NCBI RefSeq assembly: GCF_003018255.1
Contig: NZ_CP027440.1
From: Escherichia coli
Lineage (GTDB): Bacteria; Pseudomonadota; Gammaproteobacteria; Enterobacterales; Enterobacteriaceae
Reading direction: 5' to 3' (one strand)
DNA length: 64,000 nt
Part shown: positions 1 through 11,938 of the stretch, piece by piece
Layout: every line of letters begins with the position of its first letter
Numbering within the stretch: position 1 is the first letter of the stretch
Notes under the pieces: generated by a model
The model's database searches: none
Told to the model about the DNA's origin: nothing
Seen by the model: the letters and a program-made list of their open reading frames with translations, nothing else
Translations under genes and position numbers: made by a program

Positions 1-11
1 GGGAGTTTCGT

Positions 12-1160
12 TCAGCACTGTCCTGCTCCTTGTGATGGTTTACAAACGTAAAAAGTCTCTTTAATACCTGTTTTTGCTTCATATTGTTCAGCGACAGCTT
101 GCTGTACGGCAGGCACCAGCTCTTCCGGGATCAGCGCGACGATACAGCCGCCAAATCCGCCGCCGGTCATGCGTACGCCACCTTTGTCGCCAATCACAGC
201 TTTGACGATTTCTACCAGAGTGTCAATTTGCGGCACGGTGATTTCGAAATCATCGCGCATAGAGGCATGAGACTCCGCCATCAACTCGCCCATACGTTTC
301 AGGTCGCCTTGCTCCAGTGCGCTGGCAGCTTCAACGGTGCGGGCGTTTTCAGTCAGGATATGACGCACGCGTTTCGCCACGATTGGGTCCAGTTCATGCG
401 CAACAGCGTTGAACTCTTCAATGGTGACATCGCGCAGCGCTGGCTGCTGGAAGAAACGCGCACCAGTTTCGCACTGTTCACGACGGGTGTTGTATTCGCT
501 GCCAACCAGGGTACGTTTGAAGTTACTGTTAATGATGACGACAGCCACACCTTTCGGCATGGAAACTGCTTTAGTCCCCAGTGAGCGGCAGTCAATCAGC
601 AAGGCATGATCTTTCTTGCCGAGTGCGGAAATTAGCTGATCCATGATCCCGCAGTTACAGCCAACAAACTGGTTTTCTGCTTCCTGACCGTTAAGCGCGA
701 TTTGTGCGCCGTCCAGCGGCAAATGATAAAGCTGCTGCAATACGGTTCCGACCGCGACTTCCAGTGAAGCGGAAGAACTTAACCCGGCACCCTGCGGCAC
801 ATTGCCGCTGATCACCATGTCCACGCCGCCGAAGCTGTTGTTACGCAGTTGCAGATGTTTCACCACGCCACGAACGTAGTTAGCCCATTGATAGTTTTCA
901 TGCGCGACAATGGTCGCATCGAGGGAAAACTCGTCGAGCTGATTTTCATAATCGGCTGCCATCACGCGAACTTTACGGTCATCGCGTGGTGCACAACTGA
1001 TCACGGTTTGATAATCAATCGCGCAGGGCAGAACGAAACCGTCGTTGTAGTCGGTGTGTTCACCAATCAAATTCACGCGGCCAGGCGCCTGAATGGTGTG
1101 AGTGGCAGGGTAGCCAAATGCGTTGGCAAACAGAGATTGTGTTTTTTCTTTCAGACTCAT
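12..1160 (-). CDS. galK: galactokinase
   Basis: 382-aa ORF; N-terminus [49 protein letters not shown] matches GalK and the GHMP-kinase motif; sits downstream of galT in the gal operon. Confidence 0.96.
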   Translation of the reverse strand: MSLKEKTQSLFANAFGYPATHTIQAPGRVNLIGEHTDYNDGFVLPCAIDYQTVISCAPRDDRKVRVMAADYENQLDEFSLDATIVAHENYQWANYVRGVVKHLQLRNNSFGGVDMVISGNVPQGAGLSSSASLEVAVGTVLQQLYHLPLDGAQIALNGQEAENQFVGCNCGIMDQLISALGKKDHALLIDCRSLGTKAVSMPKGVAVVIINSNFKRTLVGSEYNTRREQCETGARFFQQPALRDVTIEEFNAVAHELDPIVAKRVRHILTENARTVEAASALEQGDLKRMGELMAESHASMRDDFEITVPQIDTLVEIVKAVIGDKGGVRMTGGGFGGCIVALIPEELVPAVQQAVAEQYEAKTGIKETFYVCKPSQGAGQC

Positions 1161-1163
1161 TTC

Positions 1164-2210
1164 TTACACTCCGGATTCGCGAAAATGGATATCGCTGACT
1201 GCGCGCAAACGCTCTGCGGCCTGTTCTGCGGTCAGGTCTCGCTGGGTTTCTGCCAGCATTTCATAACCAACCATAAATTTACGTACGGTGGCAGAGCGCA
1301 ACAGAGGCGGATAAAAGTGCGCGTGCAGCTGCCAGTGTTGATTCTCTTCGCCATTAAATGGCGCGCCGTGCCAGCCCATAGAGTAGGGGAAGGAGCACTG
1401 GAAGAGGTTGTCATAACGACTGGTCAGCTTTTTCAACGCCAGTGCCAAATCGCTGCGCTGGGCGTCGGTCAAATCGGTGATCCGTAAAACGTGGGCTTTG
1501 GGCAGCAGTAGCGTTTCGAACGGCCAGGCAGCCCAGTAAGGTACAACGGCTAACCAGTGTTCGGTTTCGACAACGGTACGGCTACCGTCTGCCAGCTCGC
1601 GCTGAACATAATCCACCAGCATTGGCGATTTCTGTTCGGCGAAATATTCTTTTTGCAGACGGTCTTCGCGCTCAGCTTCGTTAGGCAGGAAGCTATTTGC
1701 CCAAATCTGTCCGTGCGGATGCGGGTTAGAGCAGCCCATCGCCGCGCCTTTGTTTTCAAAGACCTGCACCCATGGGTACGTTTTCCCCAGTTCTGCGGTT
1801 TGCTCCTGCCAGGTTTTGACGATTTCCGTCAATGCCGCAACGCTGAGTTCTGGCAACGTTTTGCTGTGATCCGGTGAAAAGCAGATCACCCGACTGGTGC
1901 CACGCGCGCTCTGGCAACGCATCAGCGGATCGTGACTTTCCGGCGCATCTGGTGTGTCAGACATCAAAGCCGCAAAGTCATTAGTGAAAACGTAAGTCCC
2001 GGTGTAATCGGGGTTTTTATCGCCTGTCACCCGCACATTACCTGCGCAGAGGAAGCAATCTGGATCATGAGCAGGTAACACCTGTTTGGCTGGCGTTTCC
2101 TGCGCCCCCTGCCAGGGGCGCTTAGCGCGGTGCGGTGAAACCAGAATCCATTGCCCGGTGAGCGGGTTGTAGCGGCGATGTGGATGATCAACGGGATTAA
2201 ATTGCGTCAT
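1164..2210 (-). CDS. galT: galactose-1-phosphate uridylyltransferase
   Basis: 348-aa [36 protein letters not shown] with HPHGQIW active-site motif; lies between galE and galK. Confidence 0.96.
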
Positions 2211-2219
2211 GGTCGTTCC

Positions 2220-3236
2220 TTAATCGGGATATCCCTGTGGATGGCGTGACTGCCAGTGCCAGGTGTCCTGCGCCATTTCATCGAGTGTGCGCGTTACGCG
2301 CCAGTTCAGTTCACGGTCGGCTTTGCTGGCGTCCGCCCAGTAGGCCGGAAGGTCGCCCTCGCGACGCGGTGCAAAATGATAATTAACCGGTTTGCCGCAG
2401 GCTTTGCTGAAGGCATTAACCACGTCCAGCACGCTGCTGCCTACGCCAGCGCCGAGGTTATAGATGTGTACGCCTGGCTTGTTCGCCAGTTTTTCCATCG
2501 CCACGACGTGACCGTCCGCCAGATCCATTACGTGGATGTAATCGCGTACGCCAGTACCGTCTTCGGTCGGATAATCGTTACCAAAAATCGCCAGCGAGTC
2601 GCGACGGCCTACAGCAACCTGGGCGATGTATGGCATCAGGTTATTCGGAATGCCTTGCGGATCTTCGCCCATATCGCCCGACGGATGCGCGCCAACCGGG
2701 TTGAAGTAGCGCAGCAGGGCAATGCTCCAGTCCGGCTGGGCTTTTTGCAGATCGGTGAGGATCTGTTCCACCATCAGTTTGCTTTTGCCGTAAGGGCTTT
2801 GCGGTGTGCCGGTCGGGAAGCTTTCAACGTATGGAATTTTGGGCTGATCGCCATAGACGGTGGCGGAGGAGCTAAAAATAAAGTTTTTGACGTTCGCGGC
2901 GCGCATGGCGCTAATCAGGCGCAGGGTACCGTTGACATTGTTGTCGTAATATTCAAGCGGTTTTTGTACCGATTCGCCAACGGCTTTCAGCCCGGCGAAG
3001 TGGATCACAGTGTCGATAGCGTGATCGTGCAGGATCTCGGTCATCAACGCTTCGTTACGGATATCGCCTTCAACAAACGTTGGATGTTTGCCGCCTAAAC
3101 GCTCGATAACAGGCAGTACGCTGCGCTTACTGTTACAGAGGTTATCAAGAATGATGACATCATGACCGTTTTGCAGTAATTGCACACAGGTATGACTTCC
3201 AATGTAACCGCTACCACCGGTAACCAGAACTCTCAT
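2220..3236 (-). CDS. galE: UDP-glucose 4-epimerase
   Basis: ORF trimmed to internal Met giving MRVLVTGGSGYIGSH (Rossmann GxxGxxG), 338 aa; ATG at 3236 is preceded by the gal promoter sequence. Confidence 0.95.
   Translation of the reverse strand: MRVLVTGGSGYIGSHTCVQLLQNGHDVIILDNLCNSKRSVLPVIERLGGKHPTFVEGDIRNEALMTEILHDHAIDTVIHFAGLKAVGESVQKPLEYYDNNVNGTLRLISAMRAANVKNFIFSSSATVYGDQPKIPYVESFPTGTPQSPYGKSKLMVEQILTDLQKAQPDWSIALLRYFNPVGAHPSGDMGEDPQGIPNNLMPYIAQVAVGRRDSLAIFGNDYPTEDGTGVRDYIHVMDLADGHVVAMEKLANKPGVHIYNLGAGVGSSVLDVVNAFSKACGKPVNYHFAPRREGDLPAYWADASKADRELNWRVTRTLDEMAQDTWHWQSRHPQGYPD
3202..3217. promoter_or_regulatory. GalR/GalS internal operator OI inside galE
   Basis: Plus strand atgtaaccgctaccac is the reverse complement of GTGGTAGCGGTTACAT, located inside the 5' end of galE. 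Confidence 0.7.
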
Positions 3237-3314
3237 AATTCGCTCCATTAGGCTTATGGTATGAAATAACCATAGCATAACAAAGATGCGAAAAGTGTGA
3301 CATGGAATAAATTA
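3237..3314 (-). promoter_or_regulatory. gal operon promoter region (P1/P2, CRP site)
   Basis: Minus-strand sequence TTTATTCCATGTCACACTTTTCGCATCTTTGTTATGCTATGGTTATTTCATACCATAAGCC directly upstream of the galE ATG matches the classical galP1/P2 region. Confidence 0.75.
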
Positions 3315-3330
3315 GTGGAATCGTTTACAC
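3315..3330. promoter_or_regulatory. GalR/GalS external operator OE
   Basis: gtggaatcgtttacac is the reverse complement of GTGTAAACGATTCCAC, upstream of the gal promoters. Confidence 0.7.
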
Positions 3331-3439
3331 AAGAATTTAGCCGTTTTTTATGCGCCATTAATGGATTATAAAACAGAGGGTTTATGAATGATTGAGCTTT
3401 TTATCTGAAAAAAGTCGCGGTTTCATGCCTGGATGCGTC

Positions 3440-3482
3440 GAACTGTAGGCCGGAGAGGGCGCTTAGGCCGCCTCCGGTACAG
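3440..3482. repeat. GC-rich REP-like palindromic element / possible modF terminator hairpin
   Basis: gtaggccggagagggcgcttaggccgcctccggtac forms an imperfect palindrome just downstream of the modF stop. Confidence 0.4.
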
Positions 3483-3496
3483 TCAGCATTACCGAC

Positions 3497-4969
3497 TCAG
3501 TTTATTTTTGTCAGCGCATAGCGATAAAAGTCACCGTCCGGCACGAACTCAAGACGATGGGTAATACAGGCAGGCGCATCTTCAGCATGGTGCGAAACAA
3601 ACAACAATTGCGTTTCACCTTCGCTAATCAGCACATCAACAAACCGGCGGATAAGCTGGCGATTGAGCGGATCAAGCCCCTGTAGTGGTTCATCGAGAAT
3701 AAGCAACGTCGGATGTTTCACCAGCGCGCGGACGATCAGCGCCAGACGCTGCTGTCCCCAGGAAAGACTATGGAACGGAGCGTCAGCCGTGCGTTTATCA
3801 ATGCCGAGAATATCCAGCCACTGCTGCACCAGTTTTTGCTGGCGATCCGAAACGGCCTGATAAATGCCAATCGAATCAAAATAGCCAGAAAGGATCACAT
3901 TACGCACGGTAGTGCTGACCCGGTAATCCAGATGCAAACTACTGCTGACGTAACCGATATGCTTTTTGATATCCCAGATGGTTTCGCCGCTGCCGCGACG
4001 TCGTCCGAAAAGCGTCAAATCGTTGCTGTAACCTTGCGGATGATCGCCAGTAATCAGGCTTAATAACGTCGATTTTCCCGCGCCATTTGGCCCGACAATT
4101 TGCCAGTGCTCGCCTGGATTCACCTGCCAGCTAAGGTTATTAAGAATGGGGCGATCGTTATAAGAAACCACGCCGTTGTTCAGCACAATGCGCGGTTCGT
4201 TGGCGGGTAAGGCGTGACGTGCTGAAGGTTCATCCGGCTCCGGCAGTTGCACACCTTCAAGCTGTTCGCTATGTGCCAGTTGCGCGACGAGTGCTTGCTG
4301 GAGCAGTTCCTCTTTAGCGCCCGTTTCCGCTAACGTACAATCCGCCAGCACGCCAGCAAACTGGACAAATTCCGGGATCTCATCGAAGCGATTGAGCACC
4401 AGTACCAGAGTAATACCGGACTGATGTAACGAGGCGAGTAGCTCAGCCAGCTGCTGACGTGAGGCAACATCCAGGCCATCGAACGGCTCATCAAGAATCA
4501 ACAAGTCAGGCTCCGACATCAGCGCCTGACACAGCAGGGTTTTTCGCGTCTCGCCAGTGGAAAGGTATTTAAAGCGTCGGTCGAGGAGGGCGGTAATACC
4601 GAACTGCTGCGCCAGTTGCATGCAACGCGGTGCATCCTTTACTTCATCCTGAATGATTTCAGCCGTGGTACGCCCGGTGTCATCTTCGCCAGGGCCGAGC
4701 ATATCGGTGTTATTCCGCTGCCATTCGTCGCTGACGAGCTTTTGCAATTGCTCGAAGGAGAGACGAGTGATGTGGGAAAACTGGCTTTGCCGTTCACCTT
4801 TCAAAAGCGGAAGTTCCCCCGCCTGCGCGCGGGCCAGCGCCGATTTCCCGCTTCCATTCGAACCGACAAACGCCCAACTATCACCCGCGTTTAACGTTAG
4901 CTGAGGCAATTGCAGCGTTTTTGTGTCGCTAAGACGAAACGTGCCTTGCAAAATTTGCAACGATGACAT
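3497..4969 (-). CDS. modF: ABC-type ATPase with two ATP-binding cassettes (ModF)
   Basis: ORF trimmed to MSSLQILQGTFRLSD (490 aa); two Walker A motifs (GSNGSGKS and GPNGAGKS); adjacent to modE. Confidence 0.9.
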   Translation of the reverse strand: MSSLQILQGTFRLSDTKTLQLPQLTLNAGDSWAFVGSNGSGKSALARAQAGELPLLKGERQSQFSHITRLSFEQLQKLVSDEWQRNNTDMLGPGEDDTGRTTAEIIQDEVKDAPRCMQLAQQFGITALLDRRFKYLSTGETRKTLLCQALMSEPDLLILDEPFDGLDVASRQQLAELLASLHQSGITLVLVLNRFDEIPEFVQFAGVLADCTLAETGAKEELLQQALVAQLAHSEQLEGVQLPEPDEPSARHALPANEPRIVLNNGVVSYNDRPILNNLSWQVNPGEHWQIVGPNGAGKSTLLSLITGDHPQGYSNDLTLFGRRRGSGETIWDIKKHIGYVSSSLHLDYRVSTTVRNVILSGYFDSIGIYQAVSDRQQKLVQQWLDILGIDKRTADAPFHSLSWGQQRLALIVRALVKHPTLLILDEPLQGLDPLNRQLIRRFVDVLISEGETQLLFVSHHAEDAPACITHRLEFVPDGDFYRYALTKIN

Positions 4970-5036
4970 TTTATATCCCATTTTGTGCAGCGATTACTGA
5001 CAGGGATACGTGTTTCATAACAAATTGTCAACACGC

Positions 5037-5825
5037 TTAGCACAGCGTGGCGATAATCACGCTGTCGGCATTAAAGTAGGCCGTGACATTCTGTCCTTGC
5101 TGAAGAGAAGTCGCTTCATTTACCGGCACTGTGGCGCACAGTGTTTGCCCGTCGGGTAGCGCCATTAATACTTCGCACTGCTCTGCGCCGCGCTCAATAT
5201 GGCTAATAATACCCGGTAATTGGTTGTCGGCGTTTTGTGCGACCGCTTCGTCCTGAGTAATGCCTACCCACGGCGCTTTTAGTAATATCAACACTTCTTT
5301 GCCTTCATCCAGCCCCAGACGCGCGCCGCTTTGTGCGGTAATTGCGACTTTCAGGCGTGTTTTTCCGTCAGCCAGTAAGACATCAACATGCTGTTGAACG
5401 TCATCATGATTGCGGGCGGTGATGGTGCCAAACCATTGGTTACGGGCGCTGGTTTGCAGTGAAAAACGTGAGATCGCGGCCAGCAGGCTGTTCAGCGGCA
5501 GGGCGTCATCGTCACTTAACACATCGAAGGCTTTTTGCTGGATTTGCGCCAGTAAGTCATAGAGCTGAATCAGTCGCTGACCATAGCGGGTCAGTACTGC
5601 GCCGCCTCCACCTTTACCGCCTGTTGCGCGCTCAACCAGAATATGCTCACTTAACTGATTCATCTCGTTAATGGCATCCCATGCGCTTTTATAGCTGATA
5701 CCGGCATCTTTCGCTCCCTGGCTAATGGAACCGGAAAGCGCAATGTGTTTTAGTAGCGAAATGCGGCGCGGGTCGGCGAATAATTTTTGTTGGAGCTTAA
5801 GGGTGAGAAGGATTTCGGCCTGCAT
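5037..5825 (-). CDS. modE: molybdate-responsive transcriptional regulator ModE
   Basis: 262-aa ORF MQAEILLTLKLQQKLFADPRRISLLKHIALSGSISQGAKDAGISYKSAWDAINEMN with N-terminal HTH and C-terminal Mop repeats. Confidence 0.95.
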   Translation of the reverse strand: MQAEILLTLKLQQKLFADPRRISLLKHIALSGSISQGAKDAGISYKSAWDAINEMNQLSEHILVERATGGKGGGGAVLTRYGQRLIQLYDLLAQIQQKAFDVLSDDDALPLNSLLAAISRFSLQTSARNQWFGTITARNHDDVQQHVDVLLADGKTRLKVAITAQSGARLGLDEGKEVLILLKAPWVGITQDEAVAQNADNQLPGIISHIERGAEQCEVLMALPDGQTLCATVPVNEATSLQQGQNVTAYFNADSVIIATLC

Positions 5826-5935
5826 AACAATATCCTGGAAAAAGTCTTATTGTGACGGAAAACGAACGCCACGCAAAGCTGACCGCACAAAAGGGGAGTG
5901 CTTTTCTTTGCTTAGCGGTTAGAATAGTCTCATGA

Positions 5936-6103
<168 letters not shown>

Positions 6104-6111
6104 ATCCCTGA

Positions 6112-6140
6112 ATGCCCGCTTAGTCGGGCATTTCTTTTTC
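6112..6140 (+). terminator. rho-independent terminator after acrZ
   Basis: Hairpin atgcccg-cttagt-cgggcat followed by ttctttttc. Confidence 0.7.
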
Positions 6141-6225
6141 TCAACCTCCTGCTTTTCCTGCCGATATTTTTTCTCATCTACCTCACAAAGGTTAGCAATA
6201 ACTGCTGGGAAAATTCTGAGTTAGC

Positions 6226-6249
6226 CGTTATATTGTCGCCTACATAACG
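6226..6249. promoter_or_regulatory. ModE operator at the modA promoter
   Basis: cgttaTATATtgtcgccTACATaacg fits the TATAT-N7-TAYAT ModE motif about 20 bp upstream of the modA start. Confidence 0.7.
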
Positions 6250-6268
6250 TTAGATTAAGGGGTTACCA

Positions 6269-7042
6269 ATGGCTCGTAAATGGTTGAACTTGTTTGCCGG
6301 GGCGGCACTCTCTTTCGCTGTTGCTGGCAATGCACTGGCAGATGAAGGGAAAATCACGGTGTTCGCCGCCGCATCACTGACTAACGCAATGCAGGACATT
6401 GCTACGCAGTATAAAAAAGAGAAAGGCGTGGATGTGGTTTCTTCTTTCGCTTCGTCATCTACTTTGGCCCGTCAGATTGAAGCGGGTGCGCCTGCGGATC
6501 TGTTTATTTCTGCCGATCAGAAATGGATGGATTATGCGGTTGATAAAAAAGCGATCGATACGGCTTCGCGCCAGACACTGCTCGGCAATAGCCTGGTCGT
6601 TGTAGCACCGAAAGCCAGCGAGCAGAAAGATTTCACCATCGACAGCAAAACCAACTGGACTTCGCTGCTGAATGGCGGTCGTCTGGCGGTTGGCGATCCG
6701 GAACATGTTCCCGCTGGCATTTATGCAAAAGAAGCACTGCAAAAACTGGGCGCATGGGATACGCTCTCCCCGAAACTGGCTCCGGCGGAAGATGTTCGTG
6801 GCGCGCTGGCGTTGGTCGAACGCAATGAAGCGCCGCTGGGTATTGTTTACGGTTCTGACGCAGTTGCCAGCAAAGGGGTAAAAGTGGTTGCCACCTTCCC
6901 GGAAGATTCGCATAAAAAAGTGGAATATCCGGTTGCTGTTGTGGAAGGGCATAACAATGCGACGGTGAAAGCATTTTATGATTATCTGAAGGGACCGCAG
7001 GCTGCGGAAATCTTTAAACGTTACGGATTTACAACCAAGTAA
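6269..7042 (+). CDS. modA: molybdate ABC transporter periplasmic binding protein
   Basis: 257-aa ORF with signal peptide MARKWLNLFAGAALSFAVAGNALA; stop overlaps the modB start (ATGA). Confidence 0.96.
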   Translation: MARKWLNLFAGAALSFAVAGNALADEGKITVFAAASLTNAMQDIATQYKKEKGVDVVSSFASSSTLARQIEAGAPADLFISADQKWMDYAVDKKAIDTASRQTLLGNSLVVVAPKASEQKDFTIDSKTNWTSLLNGGRLAVGDPEHVPAGIYAKEALQKLGAWDTLSPKLAPAEDVRGALALVERNEAPLGIVYGSDAVASKGVKVVATFPEDSHKKVEYPVAVVEGHNNATVKAFYDYLKGPQAAEIFKRYGFTTK

Positions 7043-7731
7043 TGATACTGACCGATCCAGAATGGCAGGCGGTTTTACTAAGCCTGAAAGTTTCTTCCCT
7101 GGCTGTGCTGTTTAGCCTGCCGTTTGGGATCTTTTTTGCCTGGTTACTGGTGCGTTGCACGTTTCCGGGCAAAGCTCTGCTCGACAGCGTACTGCATCTA
7201 CCGCTGGTGTTACCGCCCGTGGTCGTCGGTTACTTATTATTAGTTTCGATGGGACGGCGCGGATTTATCGGTGAACGTCTGTATGACTGGTTTGGCATTA
7301 CCTTCGCCTTTAGCTGGCGCGGCGCGGTTCTCGCTGCCGCCGTCATGTCGTTTCCGCTGATGGTGCGGGCAATTCGTCTGGCGCTGGAAGGGGTTGATGT
7401 CAAACTGGAACAGGCCGCAAGAACACTGGGTGCCGGGCGCTGGCGCGTTTTCTTTACTATCACGTTACCGCTGACCTTACCGGGCATTATTGTTGGTACG
7501 GTACTGGCTTTTGCTCGTTCTCTCGGTGAGTTTGGTGCAACCATCACCTTTGTGTCGAACATTCCTGGTGAAACGCGAACCATTCCTTCTGCCATGTATA
7601 CCCTGATCCAGACCCCCGGCGGGGAAAGTGGAGCGGCGAGACTGTGCATTATTTCTATTGCACTGGCGATGATCTCCCTGTTGATTTCAGAATGGCTGGC
7701 CAGAATCAGCCGTGAACGGGCGGGGCGCTAA
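7042..7731 (+). CDS. modB: molybdate ABC transporter permease
   Basis: 229-aa hydrophobic ORF with the ABC permease EAA-like loop; between modA and modC. Confidence 0.95.
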   Translation: MILTDPEWQAVLLSLKVSSLAVLFSLPFGIFFAWLLVRCTFPGKALLDSVLHLPLVLPPVVVGYLLLVSMGRRGFIGERLYDWFGITFAFSWRGAVLAAAVMSFPLMVRAIRLALEGVDVKLEQAARTLGAGRWRVFFTITLPLTLPGIIVGTVLAFARSLGEFGATITFVSNIPGETRTIPSAMYTLIQTPGGESGAARLCIISIALAMISLLISEWLARISRERAGR

Positions 7732-7733
7732 TC

Positions 7734-8792
7734 ATGCTGGAACTGAATTTTTCCCAGACGTTGGGCAACCATTGCCTGACCATTAATGAAACGCTGCCCG
7801 CCAATGGCATCACTGCTATCTTTGGCGTCTCCGGTGCCGGAAAAACTTCGCTGATTAACGCCATCAGTGGACTGACGCGCCCGCAAAAAGGGCGGATTGT
7901 CCTCAATGGGCGGGTACTAAATGATGCCGAAAAAGGTATCTGCCTGACGCCGGAAAAGCGTCGCGTTGGCTATGTTTTTCAGGATGCGCGGCTGTTCCCG
8001 CATTACAAAGTGCGTGGCAATCTGCGCTACGGCATGGCGAAAAGTATGGTCGATCAGTTCGATAAGCTGGTGGCGCTTTTAGGCATTGAACCGTTGCTTG
8101 ACCGTTTACCAGGCAGCCTGTCCGGAGGTGAAAAACAGCGCGTGGCGATTGGTCGGGCTTTGCTGACAGCACCGGAATTGCTGTTGCTGGATGAACCGCT
8201 GGCGTCACTGGATATTCCGCGTAAACGCGAACTGTTGCCTTATCTGCAACGGCTGACACGGGAAATCAACATTCCGATGTTGTATGTCAGCCATTCGCTG
8301 GATGAGATCCTCCATCTGGCAGACAGAGTGATGGTACTGGAAAACGGTCAGGTGAAAGCCTTTGGCGCGCTGGAGGAAGTGTGGGGCAGTAGCGTGATGA
8401 ATCCGTGGCTGCCGAAAGAGCAACAAAGTAGCATTCTGAAAGTGACGGTGCTTGAGCATCATCCGCATTACGCGATGACCGCGCTGGCGCTGGGCGATCA
8501 GCATTTGTGGGTCAATAAGCTGGACGAACCGCTGCAAGCTGCGCTACGCATCCGCATTCAGGCTTCCGATGTCTCGCTGGTTTTACAACCGCCGCAGCAA
8601 ACCAGCATTCGTAACGTATTGCGGGCAAAAGTGGTTAATAGTTATGACGACAACGGCCAGGTGGAAGTGGAGCTGGAAGTCGGCGGTAAAACGCTGTGGG
8701 CGCGTATCAGCCCGTGGGCCAGGGATGAACTGGCGATCAAACCTGGCCTGTGGCTGTATGCGCAAATTAAAAGTGTGTCGATAACCGCCTGA
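7734..8792 (+). CDS. modC: molybdate ABC transporter ATP-binding protein
   Basis: 352-aa ORF with Walker [18 protein letters not shown] signature and a C-terminal Mop-like domain. Confidence 0.95.
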   Translation: MLELNFSQTLGNHCLTINETLPANGITAIFGVSGAGKTSLINAISGLTRPQKGRIVLNGRVLNDAEKGICLTPEKRRVGYVFQDARLFPHYKVRGNLRYGMAKSMVDQFDKLVALLGIEPLLDRLPGSLSGGEKQRVAIGRALLTAPELLLLDEPLASLDIPRKRELLPYLQRLTREINIPMLYVSHSLDEILHLADRVMVLENGQVKAFGALEEVWGSSVMNPWLPKEQQSSILKVTVLEHHPHYAMTALALGDQHLWVNKLDEPLQAALRIRIQASDVSLVLQPPQQTSIRNVLRAKVVNSYDDNGQVEVELEVGGKTLWARISPWARDELAIKPGLWLYAQIKSVSITA

Positions 8793-9611
8793 TTAAATCA
8801 GGTGGCTATAAATGAACTGGGCAATGCTGTCGGTGGTGTTATCACCAATCACAATGTTGGCGCGCGCTTTTACTGCGTCATCGGCGTTGCCCATCGCCAC
8901 GCCTGTACCAGCGGCTTCCAGCATACTAATATCATTGAAGTTATCGCCGAAGGCCACGACGTTTTCCATCGACCAGCCTTGCGCCTCAACCCATTTCGTC
9001 AAACGTTTACCTTTGCTGTTGCCGCCGCGTGCAATATCAACCTGATCGTGCCAGGACCATTCACACTCCAGTCCCAGTTCATGTTCGACATGCTTACCAA
9101 AATGCTGCAATTGCGGCAGGTCATCGTGCGTCAGGGCGAACTTCCATACGGCGTTAACTTGTTGCGCCGTTTCAGCCAGAGAAGCGACTTGTGTGAAAGT
9201 CGGACGCTGTTCCGGCGGCAGGGTTTGCGCCCAGTTAGACGTGCGAATGACATGTCCGGTCGGGTGCTCATAGACCATTGCATCATCGACATACATCAGA
9301 CCGTGAATGTGGTGTTCATTCAGCATCTCAATGAGTTGCAGGGCTTTATTAACGGGCATTGGGTCCGCTTCCAGCACTGTTTTTGCATGATAATCATACA
9401 AATAGGTGCCATTACAGCAAATAGCAGGTGTATCCAGCGCCAGCGCCTGATAAAAAGGATGAATAGCGACGTGATGGCGACCTGTGACGATGATTAATTG
9501 ATAGCCTGCTTCGCGAGCGCGGGCCAGGGCTTCTATCGATGATGGAAGCAAGGTCTTTTTCGGGGTCAATAAGGTGCCGTCTAAGTCGAGAGCAATCACG
9601 CGTGTGGTCAT
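8793..9611 (-). CDS. ybhA: HAD-superfamily phosphatase (pyridoxal phosphate phosphatase YbhA)
   Basis: ORF trimmed to MTTRVIALDLDGTLL (HAD motif I DxDGT), 272 aa. Confidence 0.9.
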   Translation of the reverse strand: MTTRVIALDLDGTLLTPKKTLLPSSIEALARAREAGYQLIIVTGRHHVAIHPFYQALALDTPAICCNGTYLYDYHAKTVLEADPMPVNKALQLIEMLNEHHIHGLMYVDDAMVYEHPTGHVIRTSNWAQTLPPEQRPTFTQVASLAETAQQVNAVWKFALTHDDLPQLQHFGKHVEHELGLECEWSWHDQVDIARGGNSKGKRLTKWVEAQGWSMENVVAFGDNFNDISMLEAAGTGVAMGNADDAVKARANIVIGDNTTDSIAQFIYSHLI

Positions 9612-9729
9612 GGCGTATTCCAGATTAAGGTTAAGAATTTTCGTCTGCGCGAATGGTACACCGATACCACTATCGGACAAAATTCTGCGTTTTAATTCAG
9701 CATTCACCGCCAAAAGCGACTAATTTTAG

Positions 9730-10761
<1,032 letters not shown>

Positions 10762-10771
10762 CCGCTGATTT

Positions 10772-10800
10772 ACCCGGCGCAGTCTCTTCTGCGCCGGTGT
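10772..10800. terminator. bidirectional terminator hairpin between convergent pgl and ybhD
   Basis: acccggcgcag-tctcttc-tgcgccggtgt inverted repeat between the two stop codons. Confidence 0.6.
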
Positions 10801-10801
10801 A

Positions 10802-11755
10802 TTAACCTATCTCCTGTAACGCATGTCTCTGGCGTTCGACGATATTGGTCCACAAATTGTCTTTATCGTCAGTCCACAAATTAATCAGCAAGGCAAAAAA
10901 GCGTTCAGCTGCCGGAGAAAGCACGGCATCTTTGCGGCGAATAATCCCCAATGTCCGACGTATAACCGGTTCCACCAGCGGGATACCAATAATCGAAGAA
11001 TAGGGCGCATGGGGCATTGCCAGACCAGGAAGCGCCGAAATCCCCAGTCCCGCCTCCACCAGCCCTAATGACGTCGAAAGATGACGCACTTCGTAAAACC
11101 AGTCCAGCTTCCAGGGCTTGTCGGCTAGCTGTTGTTCTATCAATAGTCGGTTGCCGCTGGAGGAGCGTACGCCAATCATTTTGTAACCCACTAACTCCTG
11201 CCATTCTACAAGCTGCTTTTTGGCCAATGGATGGTCACGCCGACAGGCCAGCACGAACGGCTCGTTGACCAGTGGGGTAAAATCAATGGATGAATTTGTG
11301 ACGTTGTTCATGTTTATGCCAAAGTCTGATTCGTTACACAGCACCGATTCCATGCAATTATTCGTGCCTTGTTCCAGAATCCGCACTTTAATATTGGGAT
11401 ACAGCTCATTAAATTTACCGATTGCCAGCGGTAAAAAATAAAATACTGCGGTCGGAATACACGCTAACGTCACCATACCACGATGATAAGCATTCATATC
11501 ACGAATATTAAAAAGCGTTTCATCGAATTTTTTTATTAATTCCCGCGCCTCCGGGAGCAACCTTTTTCCTGCTTTTGTTAACGTAACCTTGCGAGTTGTA
11601 CGCTCAAATAGTTGAATGTGTAAATCTTCCTCCATCTTTTTTATTCTTCGCGTTAATGCAGGTTGCGTAATATTGAGTAATTTAGCAGCATTGTTAAATG
11701 AACTGGACTCTGCCAGTATGACAAATGCCTTCATACTTGATAATTCATGCTTCAT
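10802..11755 (-). CDS. ybhD: LysR-family transcriptional regulator
   Basis: ORF trimmed to MKHELSSMKAFVILAESSSFNNAAKLLNITQPALTRRIKKMEEDL (LysR HTH), 317 aa; divergent from ybhH. Confidence 0.88.
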   Translation of the reverse strand: MKHELSSMKAFVILAESSSFNNAAKLLNITQPALTRRIKKMEEDLHIQLFERTTRKVTLTKAGKRLLPEARELIKKFDETLFNIRDMNAYHRGMVTLACIPTAVFYFLPLAIGKFNELYPNIKVRILEQGTNNCMESVLCNESDFGINMNNVTNSSIDFTPLVNEPFVLACRRDHPLAKKQLVEWQELVGYKMIGVRSSSGNRLLIEQQLADKPWKLDWFYEVRHLSTSLGLVEAGLGISALPGLAMPHAPYSSIIGIPLVEPVIRRTLGIIRRKDAVLSPAAERFFALLINLWTDDKDNLWTNIVERQRHALQEIG

Positions 11756-11938
11756 TATTACTCCGGAAAATGGAAGCGACGATTTTGGGTGACTGGCAGT
11801 TAAAAATTTTACCTGCATTTAGCCAACTTAAATTAATGAAAAAATGTTATTAATCGTTGAGCTAAAGTCATTAGAGATGCTTTGCCCTTAATGTAACCAT
11901 ATCGCAATAAGTTATGTTTTTAAATTGAGGGCATTATT

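Noticed and set aside
84-1487. Plus-strand ORFs (166 aa and 212 aa) inside galK/galT
   Set aside because: They are antisense to well-supported gal genes, have no recognisable domains, and are the usual product of GC-rich coding sequence.
2256-3098. 280-aa plus-strand ORF antisense to galE
   Set aside because: Fully embedded in galE on the opposite strand; no independent start context or motif.
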